60,594 nt of DNA, from assembly GCA_963803975.1 (NCBI GenBank), contig CAWDOY010000029.1, positions 1-60,594 of the forward strand, in the 5' to 3' direction. The notes below the pieces were generated by a model, which was given only the letters and a program-made list of their open reading frames with translations, searched no databases and had not been told where the DNA came from. Below are positions 53,778 to 60,594 of the stretch, in pieces. The number at the start of each line of letters is the position of its first letter. Within the stretch, counting starts at the first letter, position 1. Made by a program: the position numbers and the translations under genes. The DNA is from an uncultured delta proteobacterium. Lineage in GTDB: Bacteria > Desulfobacterota > WTBG01 > CAIYCZ01.

Positions 53778-53957
53778 ATGAAAAAATTATTCTTATTAAT
53801 TATTCTAATGGTGTCATGTTCAGGGTGTGCTTTGTTGATGGCGACACCGCCAGGATTCTATGACAGTCGTGGAAACTATAGTGGATGTTCATATCCGTGT
53901 TATATCGGAAATGACGGACGCTATCATTATGATGTAGATATAGACGACCACGATTAA
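53778..53957 (+). CDS. Small lipoprotein (59 aa, below the ORF-track cutoff)
   Basis: RBS AAGGAGG; MKKLFLLIILMVSCSGC... Confidence 0.6.
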   Translation: MKKLFLLIILMVSCSGCALLMATPPGFYDSRGNYSGCSYPCYIGNDGRYHYDVDIDDHD

Positions 53958-54113
53958 CAACTAATTGTCAGGCAAAGACAAACAGTATCAGCATATGTGA
54001 TGGTACAGTCGGTAGCAGAGGCGAGTATGTAAAGAGATACTTGCGTTGCCCATGCGGGATGTTACCGAAGATGATGTTGTTAGAATAACCACCATTATAA
54101 AGGAGGTCATTCA

Positions 54114-54404
54114 ATGAAGACAGTAGTTATTATCGCAGCAGTGTTAATGTGTGTGGGGGTAGCCTATGCCTGGGATGACGATGTCCGGTCAGAGACGTAT
54201 CAAAAGTATGATACCTACGGGATGGATATAAACCCACCGGGGAGTATAACCAATCCTTATGTAACAGAAGAAACAGACAGGCATGGGAACACCAGGGTTT
54301 ATGAGACGCACCAGAAGATATGGACGCCACCGGGACAGGAGAACAGCCCCATAGCGCAGCCGGGGACACGGCTTAACCCATACGTTACAGAGCGCGTGAG
54401 ATGA
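54114..54404 (+). CDS. Small secreted protein with two PG(S/T)xxNPYVTE repeats
   Basis: RBS AAGGAGG; signal peptide. Confidence 0.7.
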   Translation: MKTVVIIAAVLMCVGVAYAWDDDVRSETYQKYDTYGMDINPPGSITNPYVTEETDRHGNTRVYETHQKIWTPPGQENSPIAQPGTRLNPYVTERVR

Positions 54405-54579
54405 ATTTCGACCAGATGAACCTTCCATGCCGCAGGAACTTTATCGAGCCAACGGTAAGGATAACCAATGGTGCTGACATAACCATAGGCGACCCATGCT
54501 ATATAGGGCACAACACGATTATAGAATGATAGCCAAGTGGGGGGAAATAAAGAGAACCTATCCTACAGGGGTAATCGTT

Positions 54580-54943
54580 ATGAAAAAGTCATGGTTAGTA
54601 TTGATAGTTGCAGTTCTTTGCTGTGCCGGTTCTATTGAAGCCGAGGACGAATACTGGGGGAACGTGGAGCATGGGGACAGTAACACAATCGGGAAATTTG
54701 ATTTCTACGAGGATGGAACGTCTGCGTCACGGATTGGGAATTTTAAATTCTATTCCAATGGAGTTTCAGAGAACACTATTGGCAGCTTTACCTTCCGCTC
54801 AGATGGTGCAAAGCTCAACAGAGATAGGTGATTTTCACTTCAGGTCAAATGGAAATAACGGTACAGATATTGGCAAATTCCAGTTCAACACCAATGGGCC
54901 GACTATTTACAAGTTTGATGGCTACACGGGCACATCAAAATAG
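54580..54943 (+). CDS. Small secreted protein with five ~15-aa IGxFxFxxxG repeats, frameshifted near 54810
   Basis: Signal peptide; the repeats continue across ORFs 54496..54831 and 54608..54943. Confidence 0.65.
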
Positions 54944-54957
54944 ATTGGGAGCATGTT

Positions 54958-55293
54958 ATGTGGCTGATAACTACTACAGGCTTTTACAGTATTGTACAGA
55001 AGCCGGGTGAAAAAGACCTGACCATTCGCTCGCGGGTGAGAAAAGATCTGGAGGCTTTGCGCGATAAGTATCTTCCGGACCTGGGAGAAATCGCGAGAAG
55101 TGACAACACCGATTATAGGTACCGTGCAAAAGTATCGCATGCAGATCTTGCCAAGGCAGCCTCACAGATGGTCAGGGATATTAATTATGATAATTTCAAA
55201 AACACGGTGGCAAAGGTGCAGGGGCACGATAGGTCGCATGTCTATAGCAACGTCTGGGAGGGTCTTCTGGTTCTTGAAAAAGAGGAGAGTTAA
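54958..55293 (+). CDS. Hypothetical protein of the MWxxTxxGFxSxV type
   Basis: MWLITTTGFYSIVQK, IRSR, DYRYR, INYDNFK. Confidence 0.7.
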   Translation: MWLITTTGFYSIVQKPGEKDLTIRSRVRKDLEALRDKYLPDLGEIARSDNTDYRYRAKVSHADLAKAASQMVRDINYDNFKNTVAKVQGHDRSHVYSNVWEGLLVLEKEES

Positions 55294-56619
55294 TTGCGTG
55301 TTATGGGTAAAACCTTCACGGTAATTTTCTTATCATATTTTTACTGCTCAAAAATTAAGCAATCTGCTGATTCTCTTTGTGCTATGTGGAAATGATCTGG
55401 CGTGAACCTCAGTTTTTAACAGGGTTTTCCACAAACGCTGTGGAAATCTTAATCTGGGTTCAGCCTTTTTCTTATTCATCTCCTGCGTTACGGCTCTCAT
55501 CCCCTCAAGAAATTCTTCTTTTGTCACAATACCTTTTTTACCAGTATTTTCAACAATGCTTACTGCTCAAGCATATTTTCGTAGCTGAGTTATTCCCGGG
55601 ATACGGTTTCTTTTGCGTCAAGCTTCTGTGCCATTACTCACCTGCTATACCATCAAATATGATCTTTCCGCTCTTTTTAGAGATGCATAATACACGACGG
55701 GTCCTGCACCTTGGATGGGGAAAGGCACGTAAATTACCCAGCAGTTTTTTAACGCTCCAGTATGAGCCATGTGTATATTGTGGGAACGAGGCAACTTATC
55801 GGTGATTTTTATTTTATCCCGATACTGTTCTCCGAGGTTTTTGATTGCTATCTCCAATGCTTCCTCTTTTGTCCATACAGGCATGGGGTTATCCTGCGGT
55901 CTACAGAAACCATTTGGGTTTATTTGAACTTTTTCCGCGTCTGAAGAAAACAGGGACAACAGCGGCCGTTTTTTTCAGATATAGCACATTCATACTGTAT
56001 GGTTAAAACCATACAATTGTATTGTTTTACCATACAGTAATATTTTCATCGGACAGAAAGTGAAGAGTGTAGACCTGACCCTTATCCTGCTTCAATTAGG
56101 GATTGGGGGCTGGGGTTAGTAGAAAGGTCCTGAGTGATGAGTCGTGAATGGGTTAGTGGGTGAGTTTCTAATACAGAATGCGGATTTCGGAATGCGGAAT
56201 AATAAAAATACCATCGATTTGCATAGTATTGTGCTGCATAAGGCCACCTATACCAAGAGTTTTTTCGCCAGCATAAACAATGCTGATACCAAAAGAAATA
56301 ACAACGAGCATTATCAGCCTTAAAAAGAATCTTTTCATGTATTCCCCCAGACTGATTAAAATAGAAAATAGTGACAATGCGCCTATTTTATGCAGGCTGT
56401 CAGGTGATAGGCAAGAGAAAAAGGCACAAAGGCATCCCTCGACTGCGCTCGGGGCAAGCAGGCAATAGTCACAAATGAAGTTCTGAGTGCCCGCTGCGCC
56501 ATAGCGACAGCGCGGCGAGCTGAGTACTGAGTCGGTGAGGGTGAGTAATGCAGCGGATTCGGTGAATAGGTGAATGGGTGAATAGAAAATAGAAATGCGG
56601 AATGGGTGTTCAGTTCAAA

Positions 56620-56919
56620 TCAAGCCTTAGAAGCTTGGACCGAAAGCCGTAAACCTGAATGTGAAAGAAGTGACAGCAGCGTTGCAAGGGTCGGGTTGCC
56701 TTTGGAAGACAGTGCCACATAAAGACTTTTTCTGTTTATTTTTGTCTTGCGGGCAAGGTTTGACATCCCCCTGGCCTCACAAACATCCCGCAGCGCAAGC
56801 AGTATTTCTTCCCTGCTTCCGTCTTCGAACACCGCATTGAGATAGTGCTCAGCAAATTTCGGATTTTTAAGTTTTTCAAGCAACTCGACTTTAAACTCTT
56901 TTGCTGCTGTCTTACGCAT
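56620..56919 (-). CDS. Addiction-module antidote (HTH antitoxin)
   Basis: YLNAVFEDG, GMSNLARKT, RKSLYVALSSKGNP. Confidence 0.9.
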   Translation of the reverse strand: MRKTAAKEFKVELLEKLKNPKFAEHYLNAVFEDGSREEILLALRDVCEARGMSNLARKTKINRKSLYVALSSKGNPTLATLLSLLSHSGLRLSVQASKA

Positions 56920-57256
56920 GGTGCATTTCTCCCCGAAGTCTGTATTCGGCCCAGTATTTTTGCGCCAGGGCAATGTCTTTGTTTTGACTCTTCTTGCTGC
57001 CGCCGCAAAGAAGGATGACGATCGTCTTACCGTCATTTCCAAAATAAACCCGGTAACCTGGGCCGAAGTCGATTTTCAGTTCATGCACGCCCTCTCCCAC
57101 CCGGCCTGCAGTTATTGAAATTGCCCAGCGATAAACTTCTTAGCATAGCGAAATATCCGCGCTTGTGTTTGTATGTTCCTGATGCTGTCAGTCCAGCGCT
57201 TAAAGGGGCATTTCCCATCCGGAGTTTCATACTCAATTAAGGTTATTTTGTTCCAT
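56912..57256 (-). CDS. Addiction-module killer (RelE/ParE-like toxin), frameshifted
   Basis: YETPDGKCPF, LGNF, GVHELKIDFGPGYRVYF, LLCGGSK. Confidence 0.85.
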
Positions 57257-57280
57257 ATGACTCCGGAGCTTTAATTTTAG

Positions 57281-57298
57281 TGTGGCATATATGCCACA
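57281..57298. promoter_or_regulatory. Perfect 18-bp palindrome, probable TA autoregulatory operator
   Basis: TGTGGCATATATGCCACA just upstream of the toxin start. Confidence 0.6.
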
Positions 57299-57571
57299 AC
57301 CAGTCAAGCAAAAACAAGGAAAATAGGGACAGCAGCTATTTTATGCAGGCTGTCATTGCGAGTCCGTCACAACGGACGCGGCAATCCCGTATTCCGGACA
57401 ACTCTAAATAAGAGTATAAATGAAATTTATTGGCTGTAGAAGATAAAAAAATGGTTATTACTCGTGGGAGAGTTGCTGGAAGTAAAAAAGGATAAATAGA
57501 ATTTTTCCGGCCCAATCAATTAGTCGCTGTTGTCCCCGATACGTCTGCGCAGCATACCTGTTGCCGATTGT

Positions 57572-59398
57572 TTATTGCGCGTTTTTCAAGAATTCAGACT
57601 CAAAACTGCCGCTGGTCGGCGAAGCTCCTCTGACCATGGCTGCTCCGCTCACGCTTACCGGAATTTTCTCTATCGCTTTGTGTGGCGGTTCGGAAGGCTC
57701 TGCGGACTGATCCATAAGGTTATTATTGCTCTTGCGGGATTCGTCAATGGCTTTAAAGGCCTCCATCATCAGGTTCATGGTATCCATCGTGATGTTTATT
57801 TCATCGATGGTCCGCCCGTGCAGTATATTAAAGAAACCGCTATCCCACTGCATAAGCTCAAAGAATGCCTCCTGGCCGGAAAGCGTCCCCAGTGTGGCAT
57901 TGAACACCGTGCCCCCCTTGGTGTAAATCTCCCCCTTTTCTCCTTTGCGCGTGAGGTTGACCCTGGCGGTTTTCAATCCGATGTTTAATATCTGAATTAT
58001 ATCTGAAAGGCTGAAATCCTCCAGCTTGCCCGAAACCCCCTTCATTTCCTCATTGCCCGCAACAGGCAGTGCCTGCTCAAGCTCGTGCCTGCACAGGCTG
58101 AAGATTTTTTGCGACAATTCATCCACATCCAGCGGCTTTGTGACAAAATAAACCAGCGGGTCACTCGTCTCAAAAGAATATCCCTTGCTGGGCAACAGGA
58201 TGATTATCGGCACATCTTCAGTTGACGATTTCTTTTGTCGCAGCCGGGAATAAAACGCCATCTTGTCAGCTGTCGCTATTTCCGCATCAGCTATCAGAAG
58301 ATCTATTTTCTGCTCCTGCAGCACGGCCGCAGCATGGTCTGTGTTTGTTTCGAACAGTACCGCAAACTTGTCACTGTCCAGGCTGAATCTCAGAAGCGCA
58401 GGCAGCGAAGCATCCTGGGTTACAACCAGTACGCAATTTTTATCAGGCGCCACCTCATTGCTTATAACGCTCAAAAACATTTCTACAACTTCCGGATCGA
58501 ACTGCGTTCCTGCCTTTTTATTTATTGCTTCGATGGCCTCCGCCGCAGGGAGCGCTTTCCGGTACGGCCGGTCCGTTGTCATGGCAATGTACGCATCAGC
58601 CACGCCGATAATTCTGCTGCCGAGCGGAATTGCCCGGCCTTTAAGCCCGGCAGGATAGCCGGTGCCGTTATAATATTCATGATGATGCCTGATAATTGGT
58701 TCAACGTCCCAGGGAAAGCCAATGTGTTTCAGCATCTGAATGGTAAGCAGCGGGTGGCTCTGGATAATGGACATCTCCACCTGGTCAAGTTTTTCCGTGT
58801 CGTTGAGGATAGTCTGCTGTATGCCCAGCTTGCCCAGGTCCCGCAGCAGGGCCGCCATCTGTATCGCATCAATCAGTGTTTCTTCCAGCTTCATGCGCTC
58901 CGCAATCCGTTTTGAAAGACCGGCAACCAGCTGGGCGTTATTGAAAAAATATTTATCGTTGACGCTGAATATCTTCAGGATGTGACTGGCAAATGAAAAG
59001 TAAAAATCCTTGAGCTGAGCGCAGTCATTGATAAGGCGTTTTTCCGTCCGGATGTGATTGTTAATGAAGCCTGCCAAATCCCGTATACCCATCTGGCAGT
59101 ACTGTGGCTCTCCGTGCTCTTTTGTCGCGCATTCATTGTCAGACGGCATGGGCAGGAGAAAGACCTTCACCTCGGGACTGATGCGCTCAGCCAGTTCTTT
59201 GAATTCCTGACTGTCGATGCCCGCTAAGTTCTGATTCGCCAGTATGACATCAATACCATTTTTAAAAATCAGACGAATTGCTTCAAGAGGCGCTTCTGTT
59301 TCAAAGATGTCATAATCTTCGGACCGCAGAAGACCTTTCATGGCATTGATTGCCGGGTTTTCCTGGTTGAATATAAGTATGTTTTTGTCCTGTTTCAT
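57572..59398 (-). CDS. REC-like / HD-GYP / REC-like / DUF4388 signalling protein
   Basis: HHEYYNGTGYP, VADAYIAMTTDRPYR, GTQFDP; SGKLEDFSLSDIIQ (DUF4388). Confidence 0.88.
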   Translation of the reverse strand: MKQDKNILIFNQENPAINAMKGLLRSEDYDIFETEAPLEAIRLIFKNGIDVILANQNLAGIDSQEFKELAERISPEVKVFLLPMPSDNECATKEHGEPQYCQMGIRDLAGFINNHIRTEKRLINDCAQLKDFYFSFASHILKIFSVNDKYFFNNAQLVAGLSKRIAERMKLEETLIDAIQMAALLRDLGKLGIQQTILNDTEKLDQVEMSIIQSHPLLTIQMLKHIGFPWDVEPIIRHHHEYYNGTGYPAGLKGRAIPLGSRIIGVADAYIAMTTDRPYRKALPAAEAIEAINKKAGTQFDPEVVEMFLSVISNEVAPDKNCVLVVTQDASLPALLRFSLDSDKFAVLFETNTDHAAAVLQEQKIDLLIADAEIATADKMAFYSRLRQKKSSTEDVPIIILLPSKGYSFETSDPLVYFVTKPLDVDELSQKIFSLCRHELEQALPVAGNEEMKGVSGKLEDFSLSDIIQILNIGLKTARVNLTRKGEKGEIYTKGGTVFNATLGTLSGQEAFFELMQWDSGFFNILHGRTIDEINITMDTMNLMMEAFKAIDESRKSNNNLMDQSAEPSEPPHKAIEKIPVSVSGAAMVRGASPTSGSFESEFLKNAQ

Positions 59399-59824
59399 GC
59401 TGCACCCCACCTGTGAAATTATATCATGTTGAATTTGCTTGTATTATTGCATGGCATCTGCCGTGCCCTGTATGCGATGTTATTATCGGAACTTATTAAA
59501 AAAACTTTAAATATCCAAAAGCAGCCGAAAATGAGGCACCAGGGTTAGTGCGCGCCATCAGGGGGAAGCAGAAAAAAACAGGGGTTGTGAAGTTGAGTCC
59601 TGCGTGTGCTGTCGCAGGCAATCGGAATGAAACAAGGGCTGAAAAACCAGGGACAGCTGTCCCCGATAAATATACGGCAAAAATCAATCTGCCGAGTAAT
59701 CCCTCCGGCTTGAGGGCGGTATGTGGTGATTAATGGGGATGGGACAGTCAGCTTCAGCGTGCAAACGCGGGGAATGTTTGTGCTGGCGGAAATACCATAA
59801 TCAGGAGCGTGCGTATCAGCAATT

Positions 59825-60472
59825 CTAACGTTTTTGTAAATATAACCGGTAGCAAAGCCGGTCGTAGGTGTCCGGGCACTCGCCGTTTATCTCATGTTCT
59901 TCCGTCGCCCAACCGGGGGTTGCGCCGGATAAAAGGACCTGAAGGTATGGATACAATTGAGTGTAGAGGAAGCAGCAGGCGCCGCCTACATTGAACGGGT
60001 CAACCTCAAACACATCGCCGATTTTGTGACCCCAGGTGCATCGTACGACAATATCCCGGACTTCCACCATCAGACGATACTGATCAAGCAAGGGAAACCC
60101 TTTACCGCGCATATCTTTCAAGGTGAGGGGTGTCTGCAACAGAACCGGCTCTTTCTGCTCGACCCGTTTTACTGCAACCTCCACCGTGCCCCCTTCAAGG
60201 CAGCGACCGAAGAAGGTGCCCGGCTGCTTCTCCCAGAGGAGAGACCCGCCATAGTGCAGGCTGACAATGGGTGAAAAAATTCCCTGCAAGAGGGAGCCGC
60301 AGATGCCATCGCTGTTCATAGCCGTCACTTTGAATGTGTCGCCCACCCGGTGGCCGTACGGGCATTTGCCGTTAACAGCGGTGACCGTCACTTCCTGGTA
60401 ATAGCGGTGCTCTAATTTTAATACACGCTCCGCATATTCAGTTAAATCTTGTGAAGTATCTTTTTCTTCCAT
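59825..60472 (-). CDS. Tandem TIGR04076-like domain protein
   Basis: Two CxxGH(R/K)xGDxF...C...C units. Confidence 0.75.
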   Translation of the reverse strand: MEEKDTSQDLTEYAERVLKLEHRYYQEVTVTAVNGKCPYGHRVGDTFKVTAMNSDGICGSLLQGIFSPIVSLHYGGSLLWEKQPGTFFGRCLEGGTVEVAVKRVEQKEPVLLQTPLTLKDMRGKGFPLLDQYRLMVEVRDIVVRCTWGHKIGDVFEVDPFNVGGACCFLYTQLYPYLQVLLSGATPGWATEEHEINGECPDTYDRLCYRLYLQKR

Positions 60473-60594
60473 GGATGGAGTCCTATTACATAGCTGGCAG
60501 AGGTTTTTGATTTCTTACATACCCATTGTTTCCTCTGTGGAAAGGATATTTATCTGTTTTTATTATGTCTCCAGATTCTAATAAAAGGCCCTGT

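Noticed and set aside
53950..54090. Possible integron attC site (TTAACAAC...GTTGTTAG) after the small lipoprotein
   Set aside because: Only the outer 7 bp pair, the L boxes are not complementary, and no similar sites or intI are visible.
55377..56377. ORFs 55377..55805, 55645..55959 and 56168..56377
   Set aside because: They may be decayed minus-strand gene fragments, but I cannot support a family or boundaries.
41990..57450. CRISPR array interpretation of the recurring repeats
   Set aside because: Spacing is irregular (hundreds to thousands of bp), the repeats are degenerate and there are no cas genes.
1..60594. Genome-wide TGA reassignment
   Set aside because: Many well-defined genes end properly at TGA (e.g. 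HlyD, ABC permease, lgt, DUF134).
1..60594. tRNA/rRNA genes, including tRNA-Sec
   Set aside because: No cloverleaf or rRNA-like sequence was recognised.

Overview
This 60.6 kb window most likely comes from an anaerobic Desulfobacterota/deltaproteobacterium-like genome, inferred from gene content. About 20 genes are split by single-base indels, which looks like unpolished long-read consensus error rather than mass pseudogenisation. Layout: 0-6.6 kb secreted/surface proteins; 7.3-12.6 kb minus-strand metabolic genes (HemF-like, DUF2284, flavoprotein, hydrolase, HDAC, PK_C, bactofilin); 13.3-17.6 kb HlyD/ABC exporter; 17.7-19.3 kb an octaheme OTR-like cytochrome c that the ORF track misses as a unit; 19.4-37 kb a redox/sulfur-handling region (CoA-persulfide reductase-rhodanese, two split YeeE/YedE pairs, MBL-rhodanese, DUF134/NifX/CGGC, cytochromes, lgt, radical SAM); 37.5-39.7 kb a secreted ferrochelatase-fold protein; 42-57.5 kb an accessory region of TA modules, truncated restriction-modification fragments and a WYL/ARPP-1 operon, separated by recurring short repeats. 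The strongest lead is the octaheme gene, which has an in-frame TGA followed by a SECIS-like hairpin (candidate multiheme selenoprotein). Other leads are the repeat-delimited cassette-like array and a PafBC-like promoter motif on both sides of the WYL gene. Family assignments are from motif recognition only; no searches were run.
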